A stretch of 64,000 bases of DNA from a virus: the IMG/VR virus record IMGVR_UViG_3300043438_001221; one strand, written 5' to 3'. How positions within the stretch are numbered: the first letter of the stretch is position 1; each line of letters opens with the position of its first letter. Shown piece after piece: positions 39,996-49,573 of this stretch. The notes beneath the pieces were generated by a model that saw only the letters and a list, made by a program, of their open reading frames with translations, ran no database searches and had not been told where the DNA came from. A program made the position numbers and the translations under genes.

Positions 39996-40601
39996 ATGGC
40001 ATTACCAAATTTAACCGACGAATTTGTAGCAGACAGCTTTTTTGGGGTATTACACACTTCAAATGTGCCTGTTTCTGGAGCAAACTTACCCCCTGTATAT
40101 GATGGGTTGGGTAATAAGACATCCCTTATTTTGGGATCAAATGGTAATGGTGCTTCAATTACAGGAACTCTCTCTGCTGATGGGTTGACATTGAAAGGTT
40201 TCACATCAATTATTGATTATATATATCCCATTGGATCGGTTCTATTTACCAACACCAGCACCAACCCGTCGGTAAGATTCACTGATACTACATGGGAGCA
40301 AACCGCAGAAGGTCGGTTTATAGTTGGAGTTGGTGTTGGAAATGATGGAATTGAATCTAAAATATTCGGGACTGGTAATACAGAAGGAACTTACAGCCAT
40401 ACTTTATCTGTCACTGAAATACCGCCCCACACTCATAGTATAACAGCGCGACCAGATCAATCATCCGTGGATTTTGATAATTCTGTTCAAGGGGGGTCTA
40501 ATGGCGATTGGACAGCAACCACAACCTCGACTGGTGGTGGTCAACCACACCAGAATACACCACCCGGTTTCGGTATGTATATTTGGCAAAGAACATCTTA
40601 A
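39996..40601 (+). CDS. baseplate/short-fibre protein with gp10-like collar domain
   Basis: IYPIGSV...NPS...TWEQ..GRFIVGVG, HTLS..EIP.H.H, GGGQPH.N.PP, WQRT. Confidence 0.8.
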   Translation: MALPNLTDEFVADSFFGVLHTSNVPVSGANLPPVYDGLGNKTSLILGSNGNGASITGTLSADGLTLKGFTSIIDYIYPIGSVLFTNTSTNPSVRFTDTTWEQTAEGRFIVGVGVGNDGIESKIFGTGNTEGTYSHTLSVTEIPPHTHSITARPDQSSVDFDNSVQGGSNGDWTATTTSTGGGQPHQNTPPGFGMYIWQRTS

Positions 40602-40607
40602 TATAAT

Positions 40608-41666
40608 ATGCCTGACATCTATATATCGAAAATTAAAGTTCGTAGAGGAACAAATGCAGAGATCAATTCAACACGTTTTGATCAGGGAGAACTTGTCCAT
40701 GCAACGGATTCCAAACGCCTGTTTATTGGTAACGGTGTATTGAGTGGAGGTAATCCGGTTTCCAGTAAAATTCATCCCCCTCTCAATAATTATTATAGTC
40801 TTAGCACCACGTTGGCGGAAGTTGGTGATCTAGTGTCCGTCAATTCCATATGGTATCAACTCACAGCAGCCCCTCATAGCAATGCTTCCAATTGGGGCAA
40901 TATGCGGACAAAATTCTCTTCCGAATTTGTATATGACACCACATCAACCGTCAATATGGCAGTTAGTGGGTTATCGGCATCCAAACTCAATGCCAACACC
41001 ATCACCAACGGTATTAAAATAGCGGGAGATAAACTTCAACTGGATTATAAAACCAATTTCTTCGAAATATCTTCAAATCAGCTTTCCATTAAAACCGGAG
41101 GTATTACAACGCGGGAAATTCTTTCGTCATCTTTTGCAAATGGATTGAGTGGTGGTAATGGAAGACCAATATCACTAACGGTGTCCCCGACAGATTTCAG
41201 TTTTAGTTCGGGTATTCTTTCCGCAAATTATAGTCGCATTTCAGCTTACGGTTTGAACACACAATCACATCTTCCGGTATCCGCCTATAATGCCCTCAGT
41301 GGACTTCCGGCTAAAGTTGGAAACATATCATCGGTTGACAGGGTGATCTATCAATTACAATCACTACCATCCACATCGTTATCCAACTGGGAAGCCATTT
41401 CCAAAGACGGATTGACCATTTATGATACCTTAACAGGTAATTCCACAAATAATTCCTTATCAGCACTCTTCAATGGTAGTCCATCCCAACTCACGGATGG
41501 TGTGGTTCCCGGCATACGACTAACAAGTTTCACAGCGTTGTCTTCCAACGGACTTTCCTCAGTATCTATCACATTATCTTCTGCTGGTTTTATCACATTT
41601 GCAAATGATATAACCGAAACCGGAAAAACCGTAAACAGATTCGCAATCCCAATCTTCACTTACTAA
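40608..41666 (+). CDS. tail fibre-like protein with Mtd/hyaluronidase-type N-terminal anchor
   Basis: KIKVRRGT...GEL...TDSKRLFIGNG. Confidence 0.7.
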   Translation: MPDIYISKIKVRRGTNAEINSTRFDQGELVHATDSKRLFIGNGVLSGGNPVSSKIHPPLNNYYSLSTTLAEVGDLVSVNSIWYQLTAAPHSNASNWGNMRTKFSSEFVYDTTSTVNMAVSGLSASKLNANTITNGIKIAGDKLQLDYKTNFFEISSNQLSIKTGGITTREILSSSFANGLSGGNGRPISLTVSPTDFSFSSGILSANYSRISAYGLNTQSHLPVSAYNALSGLPAKVGNISSVDRVIYQLQSLPSTSLSNWEAISKDGLTIYDTLTGNSTNNSLSALFNGSPSQLTDGVVPGIRLTSFTALSSNGLSSVSITLSSAGFITFANDITETGKTVNRFAIPIFTY

Positions 41667-41667
41667 T

Positions 41668-42135
41668 ATGCACATTTCAATTACAAATGACACTCTTCTA
41701 AAGTTGCTTGCTCGACAAGGAACTGATGCAGAACGTTTAAATGTCCTTTTAAACTCTGGAGAATTCGCATTCACCACCGATACCGAACGTCTTTTTATAG
41801 GTAATGGTGCTGATAATGGTGGCGTTCTAGTTGGTAATAAATTCAAGGGATCAAATCCTGATATAACAATATTCTCTCCTTCTGAAATTGGAGATTTGGC
41901 ATATAATAGTGATTCAAATGTGCTGTATCGTTTAAAAGAGAATGAAGGTTCGTTGTTATCCGATTGGGAGAAAATCGGGGGTTCTGGTGTGACTAGCGAT
42001 ACCAATCAGGCTCTTGGGGGTGTTAAAATTGATAATTTAGTTCGTGTGACTTCTGCCGCATGGTCAACTTTGTCAGCTTCCAATGATCCAAATACTTTTT
42101 ACATTGTTTCCAATGTGAATTATATAATCACCTAA
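41668..42135 (+). CDS. short fibre protein with the same N-terminal anchor
   Basis: RQGT...GEFAFTTDTERLFIGNG; C-terminal DPNTFYIV. Confidence 0.7.
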   Translation: MHISITNDTLLKLLARQGTDAERLNVLLNSGEFAFTTDTERLFIGNGADNGGVLVGNKFKGSNPDITIFSPSEIGDLAYNSDSNVLYRLKENEGSLLSDWEKIGGSGVTSDTNQALGGVKIDNLVRVTSAAWSTLSASNDPNTFYIVSNVNYIIT

Positions 42136-42145
42136 TCCATAACAA

Positions 42146-43099
42146 ATGATAACGTGGAGCCAAACTAATTCTGGGGGGGCGTGGCAAACCCTAAACAGCG
42201 GATACACCGTTGATTATAGGGTGGATGCTTCCGTGGAATGTGGAGGTGTTGCAGATACATACCAATGGGGTAGCTCCAATGGATATGTCACACTCGCCCC
42301 CGGAGACACCCTAACATTTGATTATTCAGTATCGGCTACTTTTGAAACCGCAAGAATCGGGATGGAGATTGCTGAAGTATATTTAGATGGTATTCCCGCT
42401 GATTATTTGTATAATAATGAAACTCTTCCTGAAACTTGCACAACTGAATTACAAACATCTTCCAACACCGTTTCATTCTATAATTCTTACGGTGTTGATT
42501 ACGATTATTATATAGATTTATCTTTCACCACTAGCGACGGTTTGTGGCACTCTTCTGATGTTGGGGTGATATTGGAAATAACAAATTTCACGATCACTCC
42601 AGAATCGACCACCTCTACCACACCATTCCCAACTACCACCTCTACCACACCATTCCCAACTACCACCTCTACCACACCATTCCCAACTACCACCTCTACC
42701 ACGACTACATTATCTGGGACTACAAGCACTACTACAACGTTGTCTGGGACTACAAGCACTACTACAACGTTGTCTGGGACTACAAGCACTACTCCCGATC
42801 CAAATACAAGCACTACTCCATCTGGATCGACTACCACAGAATCTCCAAGTGGATGTTGTGCGCCACCCCCAAATGATCCGATCATCAATCCTCCGATCAT
42901 CCCAAATTTCACAACCCTCACAATACCACCATTAGTGATTGGATTGATACCGCCAACATCATTGAATCCATTCACACTTCAAATCACGACAACCACCACT
43001 ACAATACCAAATACCACAACCACGACGACGATTGTTCCAAATACTGGAACAATCGCGCCTATTGAATGTGTGGGCTATTGTAAAAAGCTGGGATTCTGA
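42146..43099 (+). CDS. mucin-like Thr/Pro/Ser-rich protein
   Basis: TTSTTPFPT x3, SGTTSTTTTL x~3, further Thr runs, Cys-containing C-terminus. Confidence 0.75.
   Translation: MITWSQTNSGGAWQTLNSGYTVDYRVDASVECGGVADTYQWGSSNGYVTLAPGDTLTFDYSVSATFETARIGMEIAEVYLDGIPADYLYNNETLPETCTTELQTSSNTVSFYNSYGVDYDYYIDLSFTTSDGLWHSSDVGVILEITNFTITPESTTSTTPFPTTTSTTPFPTTTSTTPFPTTTSTTTTLSGTTSTTTTLSGTTSTTTTLSGTTSTTPDPNTSTTPSGSTTTESPSGCCAPPPNDPIINPPIIPNFTTLTIPPLVIGLIPPTSLNPFTLQITTTTTTIPNTTTTTTIVPNTGTIAPIECVGYCKKLGF
42608..42793. repeat. 27-bp tandem array followed by 30-bp tandem array
   Basis: accacctctaccacaccattcccaact x3.5; tctgggactacaagcactactacaacgttg x~2.7. Confidence 0.92.
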
Positions 43100-43110
43100 T
43101 AATTATTGAC

Positions 43111-43950
43111 ATGCGAAAACTTACGATTGGTATTCCCACCTACAATGATTACGATGGTTTATATTTCAGCATTCAAGCCATCCGCACATATCATCGGGAA
43201 GTCCTAAATGATATTGAATTTGTTATTATTGATAATAATCCTGATTCAGCACACGGACAATCCAATAGAAATCTCACGAATTGGATCAAGGAACCGTTTC
43301 AATACCTCCCATTCACCAAATACAACGCATCCACCGTTAAAAACAAGGTGTTTTCGTTGTCTGACTGTCCATACACCCTCTGCATGGACAGTCATGTGAT
43401 GATCGTCCCCGGTGCCTTGAAAAAATTGATCCATTTATATGATTGTGGGGGGGATGCTGGTAATCTTTTACAAGGTCCATTGCTTTATGATGATTTTCAT
43501 CATTATTCCACCCATTTCGATGACACTTGGAGTTCCCATATGTGGGGAACTTGGCAAACGGATGAAAGAGCCAAAGAAACGGATGCGCCCCCCTTTGAAA
43601 TACCAGCCCAAGGCATGGGATTGTTCTCCTGTAGAACAGATTCGTGGTTGGGCTTCAATAAGGCGTTTCGGGGCTTTGGAGGCGAGGAGAAGTATATCCA
43701 TGAGAAGTATCGCCAACACGGTAAGAAGACGCTCTGCTTGCCCTTCCTGCGCTGGCTACACCGCTTTGAACGTCCCGCTGGCATTCCATACAAGAACGAC
43801 CTAAAGGATCGCTTCCGTAATTACATGATTGGACACCACGAATTGGGACAGGATACCAAAGTTCTTCGGGAACAGTTCAAGGGTGTGGTATCCTTGGAGG
43901 ATATGGATAAGATTGAGAAGGAAGCTGTGATATTAGCCAGCATTAAATGA
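43111..43950 (+). CDS. GT-A (family 2-like) glycosyltransferase
   Basis: LTIGIPTYND, IIDNN, CMDSH (DxH), FRGFGGEE. Confidence 0.85.
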   Translation: MRKLTIGIPTYNDYDGLYFSIQAIRTYHREVLNDIEFVIIDNNPDSAHGQSNRNLTNWIKEPFQYLPFTKYNASTVKNKVFSLSDCPYTLCMDSHVMIVPGALKKLIHLYDCGGDAGNLLQGPLLYDDFHHYSTHFDDTWSSHMWGTWQTDERAKETDAPPFEIPAQGMGLFSCRTDSWLGFNKAFRGFGGEEKYIHEKYRQHGKKTLCLPFLRWLHRFERPAGIPYKNDLKDRFRNYMIGHHELGQDTKVLREQFKGVVSLEDMDKIEKEAVILASIK

Positions 43951-44154
43951 CGAACAAATCACACCCATTTCCATATCTTCTTTGGCTTCTCCAAGATATT
44001 CAACTTCAACATACTCGGGATAACACCACGACGAATACGAATTACCATTGGGGTTAATATTTCGAGCAGTAGTCTCATCGGGAGCGCATACTACAGCAGA
44101 GTCGAAGGTACCATATCCACGATTTTTTGTTTGTGATATATAGTATAATTTCAT
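43933..44154 (-). CDS. conserved small phage protein
   Basis: FDSAVVCA.DE..AR...VICSSFNAG. Confidence 0.6.
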   Translation of the reverse strand: MKLYYISQTKNRGYGTFDSAVVCAPDETTARNINPNGNSYSSWCYPEYVEVEYLGEAKEDMEMGVICSSFNAG

Positions 44155-44155
44155 T

Positions 44156-44386
44156 TCAAATATTTCCTAATTGATGTTCAATCCGAGTGTCCCAAAGCAT
44201 TGCCTCAAATCTTTCCTCAATATACTTTTCGATTGCTGCTGGTTTGATCATGTTGATTGGATTCACTTCAAGCTCTTCCGCCCTCTGTTGAATGAAATGG
44301 AATGCTTCCACCAAGCAAGCCCATTTTGCGAATTCCTCCATGGTCATTTTGACCAACCCCTTTTTATTTGTTTTTATTGTTATCAT
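44156..44386 (-). CDS. hypothetical protein
   Basis: Coupled ORF. Confidence 0.55.
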   Translation of the reverse strand: MITIKTNKKGLVKMTMEEFAKWACLVEAFHFIQQRAEELEVNPINMIKPAAIEKYIEERFEAMLWDTRIEHQLGNI

Positions 44387-44912
44387 TCAGTTTTGTTTTA
44401 ATTAGATTATCTATGTTCAAGTCTTCGATTGGTTCGGTAATTAGTATGCTATCAATCTTTAGAGTGACGGAATACGTATTATTACAGGCATCACATTTCA
44501 CTTCATATTCCTCCTCCGGTTTGAATATCCCCTCAAACATGTTCTGTCCACAATTGCAGGGAAATCTAACAGTCGCTTCGTCCAACATACTCTCGTAGTT
44601 TTTAATCACATCCTCCTGTTCAACCATCACGCCATCCGCTTCCTGAAGCATCTTTTCCAGAACAATCACACGCTCATCAGTCTGCTTTTTCTCAAGCTGG
44701 TTCTCTAAATCGGCAACCCTGTCATCCTTTTGCTTGCGGTTGTCCCACCAGAACATTCCCATTGCACATCCAATCATGGACAATACAAAATACCGTAGGA
44801 AATCCATCTCATTTGTAGTCAACCCGAAAGCCAGTCCAAGGGAAATGCCAATTCCTCCCAATATTTGCAATCCTATTCTTTTTGTTTTTTCGTTCATAAT
44901 TTTCATGTCCAC
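44364..44912 (-). CDS. two-TM membrane protein with coiled coil and Zn ribbon
   Basis: Two hydrophobic helices; CNC...CDAC. Confidence 0.6.
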   Translation of the reverse strand: MDMKIMNEKTKRIGLQILGGIGISLGLAFGLTTNEMDFLRYFVLSMIGCAMGMFWWDNRKQKDDRVADLENQLEKKQTDERVIVLEKMLQEADGVMVEQEDVIKNYESMLDEATVRFPCNCGQNMFEGIFKPEEEYEVKCDACNNTYSVTLKIDSILITEPIEDLNIDNLIKTKLNDNNKNK

Positions 44913-45283
44913 ATGTAACCGCGCTGTTCGATGATGATTCGCATCACTTCTGAATCCTCGCCATAAAGTTCATTCTCAATCCGCGTATATTCTTTCCAAT
45001 CCTCAATGGAGTCAAGCAATTTTTGGATTTCAACCCTTCCCACTTTGATCCAGTCATAACAATGTTTGATCAAAGCGTCCCTAGCTTTGATTTCATCCAC
45101 GTATATCTGATCAACATGACCATCCGCGATTTCTTTATCCCAATTCGCACCCCAATGGTCCAACCCTTTCTCTTTCTCCACATAATGAACCAGAGATTCA
45201 AATAAACAGATTTCCAGCAGTGCGTCTTTGTCCATCCAAGTTCCTTTGAGCTTGTCTGTAAGCCATTTTTGTTGATTTTTCAT
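44903..45283 (-). CDS. hypothetical protein
   Basis: Start reassigned to ATG 45283 (TAATG coupling). Confidence 0.6.
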   Translation of the reverse strand: MKNQQKWLTDKLKGTWMDKDALLEICLFESLVHYVEKEKGLDHWGANWDKEIADGHVDQIYVDEIKARDALIKHCYDWIKVGRVEIQKLLDSIEDWKEYTRIENELYGEDSEVMRIIIEQRGYMWT

Positions 45284-45441
45284 TACTTCACCTTTACTAC
45301 GTGCCACTTATCACCATCAATACCACAAATTTTTGCAAATTCAAGAACCAATTTAGCAATAAACCGAAATGGGTAAGATTTTGTGGATTGAAGGCGTTGC
45401 TTTGTCTTTTTATGCTGGATTTCGTATTTCACATCGCTCAC
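45283..45441 (-). CDS. small basic protein not in ORF track (SDVKYEIQHKKTKQRL...)
   Basis: Up to 52-codon frame between the 18-bp element and a TAATG overlap. Confidence 0.5.
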   Translation of the reverse strand: MSDVKYEIQHKKTKQRLQSTKSYPFRFIAKLVLEFAKICGIDGDKWHVVKVK

Positions 45442-45442
45442 T

Positions 45443-45460
45443 ATTGTATTCTAGTTTTTA
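45443..45460 (-). promoter_or_regulatory. TAAAAACTAGAnTAYAAT element, copy 1
   Basis: TAAAAACTAGAATACAAT. Confidence 0.75.
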
Positions 45461-45624
45461 ACCGATTACTCACTACATTCTACTTATCCAATACCACAGA
45501 GTATTATTCAACTTAACAAATTCTTGTGAAAAGTCTATAAAAATTGTGAATTGATTGCCTGATATAAACATCTTTAAAAAAAGTTTCACCGAAAGACTAA
45601 ATAAGTATATACACACTATACTAA

Positions 45625-46788
45625 ATGTTGAAGGCAATTAAAATCAGACTCTATCCAACTCAAGAACAGGAGAATTACATCTCCCAATTATTGGGTTCCT
45701 GTAGGTTTGTCTATAATAATTGTTTGGCATTGAAAATTAAAAATTATAACGACGATAAGAAATCAACATCTTTTAAAGAGCTTGGTAAGCATCTTACGGG
45801 CTTGAAAAGCCAAGAGGAAACAATATGGTTAAAGGATGTTCATTCCAAAGTTCTACAACAGTCTCTTATCAATCTGGAAGCTGCATATAAATCATTTTTC
45901 AAAAATGGCGCAGGATTTCCAAAATTTAAATCCAAGAGAAATAAACAATCTTGTAGGTTTCCAGTGGACGCAATTGGAAAAATAAATGGTAATAGAATCA
46001 ACATTATAAAACCTCTAAGAAATATTCATTTCAAATGCTCCAAACGAGACGAAACACATCTTAATAATTTTCAAGATGATATAAAATCAGCAACATTATC
46101 CAAAAATGGGTATGGTCAATATTATTTCAGTGTTCTGGTTGAGATACCAATTCAAAAGGAATTACCATTGTCTAATAAATCGATTGGCTTGGATGTTGGT
46201 ATCAAGACTTTTATCGTTGATTCCAATGGACATGAGTGGGAAAATATCAAGATAAAAAGAAACAATCAAAAGAAACTTGCCAGACTCCACAGACGGCATT
46301 CTAAAAAATTAAAAGGGTCTAAGAACAAAGAGAAATCAAGAATCAAATTAGCAAAATACCATGATAAATTATCAAACATAAAAAACCATTATCTTCATCA
46401 GGTGTCCAATAAGATTATAGAGGAAAACCAACTCATAATCATTGAAGACTTGAACGTTTCAGGAATGATGAAGAACCATAAATTGGCAAAGTCGATCCAA
46501 GAATTATCTATTTTCAGATTCAAAGAAATCCTTACTTACAAATGTAATTGGTATGGAAGGGATTTGATACAGATAGATAGATTCTTTCCAAGTTCTAAAT
46601 TATGTGGGAATTGTGGTTATAAAAATGACAACTTAACCTTAAAAGATAGAACTTGGAAATGTGGGGAGTGTAATACGATCCACTCAAGGGATTTAAATGC
46701 CGCTAAAAACATCCTCAAGGAAGGATTAAGAATTTCAAATATAGGGCTGAGTTCGCCCGAATTTACGCTTCAGGAGATTTGTCAATAG
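45625..46788 (+). mobile_element. tnpB: RNA-guided endonuclease TnpB (IS200/IS605/IS607-type; no transposase in window)
   Basis: N-terminal HTH (KIRLYPT..Q), GFPKFK, RuvC GLDVG / IEDL / RDLNAA, CxxC..CxxC. Confidence 0.93.
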
Positions 46789-46868
46789 ACGGGTCGTTGA
46801 ATGAAGAACAAAATGTTATTTCATGACTTTTCATAAGATAACGGAACTATTTCACATCAGTTAAAATT
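46740..46868 (+). ncRNA. putative TnpB omega-RNA 3' scaffold and guide
   Basis: Stems at 46744-58, 46769-801, 46815-42; loop AGTTC (46750-54) complementary to GAACT (46844-48). Confidence 0.6.
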
Positions 46869-47039
46869 ATCTTTATCTCTGAAAATATTGTCAATTTCCT
46901 TCAAACACTTTTCAACCCCTTCACTAGATAATGCGATATTTCGAGCAATATAGAGTCTATTGCAGATATCCTGCAATTCCCCAGCTTGATCGATAAAATC
47001 CATCACCATTTCCAATTCAAGTGTATTGTCGTCTTCCAT
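46857..47039 (-). CDS. small accessory protein
   Basis: Headed by the 18-bp element. Confidence 0.6.
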   Translation of the reverse strand: MEDDNTLELEMVMDFIDQAGELQDICNRLYIARNIALSSEGVEKCLKEIDNIFRDKDNFN

Positions 47040-47046
47040 GTTTAGG

Positions 47047-47064
47047 ATTGTAGTCTAGTTTTTA
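47047..47064 (-). promoter_or_regulatory. TAAAAACTAGAnTAYAAT element, copy 2
   Basis: TAAAAACTAGACTACAAT, 7 nt before ATG. Confidence 0.8.
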
Positions 47065-47412
47065 AAACCCGATGGTGAATTTCTCAAGCGTCTTATCCCC
47101 ATTTTGCATCAAATACATAATCATTTTCTCCAGATTACCCTTGAGCTTGATAAGTTCCCCGTTTTTCTGGAATTCCTCCATTTTCAGGAGATTTTCCAGA
47201 TTTTTAGATGCGGCAAACGCATTATCCACAATATTTGCCATTTGTTGGGGTAATTCCCCAAATTCAAACGGTAAAGTATGGGGAGCCTTGGCTTCTTTCT
47301 CATCCGTCTTGTATTTTCGCATCTGTTCCGAAGGATTTAACGAACTTTCAAAGTCGAAATCGATGGCTCCAGAGGCGATTGCTGTGGAATAAGGAGAATT
47401 TGAAGCAGACAT
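47062..47412 (-). CDS. late hypothetical protein
   Basis: TAAATA-5nt-ATG at 47412. Confidence 0.6.
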   Translation of the reverse strand: MSASNSPYSTAIASGAIDFDFESSLNPSEQMRKYKTDEKEAKAPHTLPFEFGELPQQMANIVDNAFAASKNLENLLKMEEFQKNGELIKLKGNLEKMIMYLMQNGDKTLEKFTIGF

Positions 47413-47445
47413 ATAGATATTTAACACTTTTGACTAAATAAAGGT

Positions 47446-47862
47446 ATGACTACCAAGTTTCACAACAAATTCCTCCGTATGCTCCAAGAAGCTCCCCAAC
47501 TTGACATTGATCCTGATTTGGAGCGTGGTGCTGCTGAAATGTCCTTAGACGATGATGTTGCCATGGATGATTATGACGTTGATATGGAAGTTGATCCATC
47601 CGCTGTTGATGAGATTGGGGATGCCATGGCTCGACAAAATGAACAGATGATTAGTGTTGTTGATAAGTGGACGGGTAATATTGACAAATTTATTAATTAT
47701 CTCAATGGTGATCAGCCAAATAGCATCCAAAGCGTTCTGGGAACTGCGAATCCCGAGTCTGTTCTGGGAGCCATTAAGAACCAACAGGTGAAGATTGGGC
47801 GGATTGCTTCCGATCTTGCTGCTTTGAAACAGGCGTTTCTCACTGCGAAGAAGTCTCAGTAA
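47446..47862 (+). CDS. late hypothetical protein (possible head-internal)
   Basis: TAAATA-5nt-ATG; MTTKFHNKFLRMLQEA. Confidence 0.65.
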   Translation: MTTKFHNKFLRMLQEAPQLDIDPDLERGAAEMSLDDDVAMDDYDVDMEVDPSAVDEIGDAMARQNEQMISVVDKWTGNIDKFINYLNGDQPNSIQSVLGTANPESVLGAIKNQQVKIGRIASDLAALKQAFLTAKKSQ

Positions 47863-48015
47863 TTATTTGGCTGTTTTTTCTCTTTTGAGAATATCCTTAG
47901 CCACTTCAGTAGGATTTTTTCCAAACCTACCATCCCATTCACAGTCCCAATCTCTACTCAAAAGAGCTTGGATACACGCTATCAATTCTTTTCTTGTCAC
48001 TCTCTTTTTGGTCAT
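47863..48015 (-). CDS. 50-aa protein not in ORF track (MTKKRVTRKELIAC...)
   Basis: Fills the gap after 48019..48264. Confidence 0.5.
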   Translation of the reverse strand: MTKKRVTRKELIACIQALLSRDWDCEWDGRFGKNPTEVAKDILKREKTAK

Positions 48016-48018
48016 AAT

Positions 48019-48264
48019 TTAACGATATTCCGGTGGGATATAATTAAATTTGGTTTCATCTTCAGAGTCTTTCATCGCATCTTGAATGGCTTTATCAGGT
48101 GTTGATCCCCATCCGATAGCTTTTCTATGTGGTTTACCCATTAGATGTTCATAAACAACCCAATTTCCGTCATAATCTCCGGTATCAGCGATTGGATATG
48201 ATTCATATACGATTTCTCCAGCATTTTCATCCAACCAATCAAATAATTCTTTATAATCGATCAT
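48019..48264 (-). CDS. small accessory protein
   Basis: Headed by the 18-bp element. Confidence 0.6.
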   Translation of the reverse strand: MIDYKELFDWLDENAGEIVYESYPIADTGDYDGNWVVYEHLMGKPHRKAIGWGSTPDKAIQDAMKDSEDETKFNYIPPEYR

Positions 48265-48271
48265 ATTTCGT

Positions 48272-48289
48272 ATTATATTCTAGTTTTTA
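48272..48289 (-). promoter_or_regulatory. TAAAAACTAGAnTAYAAT element, copy 3 (contains primase stop codon)
   Basis: TAAAAACTAGAATATAAT, 7 nt before ATG. Confidence 0.8.
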
Positions 48290-49305
48290 ACGATCAATTT
48301 CATTTTTACCGTTGCCGCCAAACCTTTGCAACTATTCTTTACAATCAAATCAACTGGATATTCATCGTGTTCGTAAGCCATACATAGAGCATTCAAGTCT
48401 TTAAACCTCTTTCCATCGTATTCTGGCCAAATAAACACCTTTTCCCCCATTTCTATGAGCTTTAGGGTCTTTTCCCTCGCTGTTTTATCGATCCATTGGC
48501 TATCCAACACCCAAATCCTCTCAAAGAACTTCAGACCATCCATCTGTTCCTGTTGGTATGCGGTGAAAAGCTGATCTCCCTTGGTAATACCCCCCAGACC
48601 AAGCCCATTTCTCACGAAACAGGCATCCAATGGACCTTCGATAATGAAAACCTTATCCAGATCGGATGAAATGCGCTCAATACCAAAGATACTCTTATCT
48701 CCCCCATCTTTTGACAGATATGATGGAGACTCATCATCCATCAATCGTCTGCTTTGGTAATAAACAATCTTACCCGTCTCGTCCTTGAATGGGATCACCA
48801 GACGCTTATCATGCTTTTCATCCTTCAAAGAGATATAAAAGGCATCTGGACGATTTACAGCGGTATCCAGTCGCCTTTCCTTGATGTAAGCCAGAGCTTT
48901 TTGGACGATCTTGTTGGTCTTGTAGTAATCCGTCTGATTTTTATCAGATAAATTGATGCTATCTATCGGCAGGGATGATGATTTGGGTTTGTCGGGCTTA
49001 TCTTCCATGTCCATGACATTGATCATCCCATAATTACCCTTCTCAATCTCATCCACCATCTGATTGAATGATAATCCCGACACTTCCTTGATCCACTTAT
49101 AAGGTTTGGATGACCATCCGCAATTATGGCAGAAAATATTGTCGTTTTCGGGAATGTAGAAGCATCTTTTCTTTCTCCCCCAGCTTTTTCCCTCGCGGCA
49201 TATGGGACAGCAACATTGATACGTGTTTTGTCCGGTGTTATGTTGGGGACGATACCCAAACTCGTAGAATTTGGACACCACATAGTCAGACGGAATCTCA
49301 ACCAT
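48280..49305 (-). CDS. gp61: DNA primase
   Basis: CPIC...CHNC zinc finger, RLVIPF, TOPRIM EGPLD, KDLN; likely start MVEIP. Confidence 0.92.
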   Translation of the reverse strand: MVEIPSDYVVSKFYEFGYRPQHNTGQNTYQCCCPICREGKSWGRKKRCFYIPENDNIFCHNCGWSSKPYKWIKEVSGLSFNQMVDEIEKGNYGMINVMDMEDKPDKPKSSSLPIDSINLSDKNQTDYYKTNKIVQKALAYIKERRLDTAVNRPDAFYISLKDEKHDKRLVIPFKDETGKIVYYQSRRLMDDESPSYLSKDGGDKSIFGIERISSDLDKVFIIEGPLDACFVRNGLGLGGITKGDQLFTAYQQEQMDGLKFFERIWVLDSQWIDKTAREKTLKLIEMGEKVFIWPEYDGKRFKDLNALCMAYEHDEYPVDLIVKNSCKGLAATVKMKLIVKN

Positions 49306-49573
49306 CCTCTTTTGCAAGGACTTCGTATTGGGCTTCGATAACGCGGCGGATATTTTTTGGGAGATGTTCAACGAATTCGATAATCTCATGTTCTTTGGCA
49401 AAGTCAAATTTTTCCATCGGAACTCTTTGGATTTTTATATCTGGAACGGAGAGAAACACGTAATCATCCCCATCTTTTTTAATGAAATTGAATAATTGCC
49501 CGACAAAATCTCCTGTTTGGACTGCATAAACATCGCCTTTTTCGATTTTTGGTTTTTTAAAGATGTTTATCAT
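49298..49573 (-). CDS. hypothetical protein
   Basis: Overlaps primase start. Confidence 0.6.
   Translation of the reverse strand: MINIFKKPKIEKGDVYAVQTGDFVGQLFNFIKKDGDDYVFLSVPDIKIQRVPMEKFDFAKEHEIIEFVEHLPKNIRRVIEAQYEVLAKEDG

Noticed and set aside
40608-42135. Diversity-generating retroelement suggested by Mtd-like N-termini
   Set aside because: No reverse transcriptase and no adenine-variant template/variable repeat pair seen in the window
42608-42793. CRISPR-like appearance of 27-30 bp repeats
   Set aside because: Contiguous in-frame tandem repeats with no unique spacers and no cas genes
42508-42975. Val-rich minus-strand ORF
   Set aside because: Reverse complement of Thr codons in the mucin-like gene
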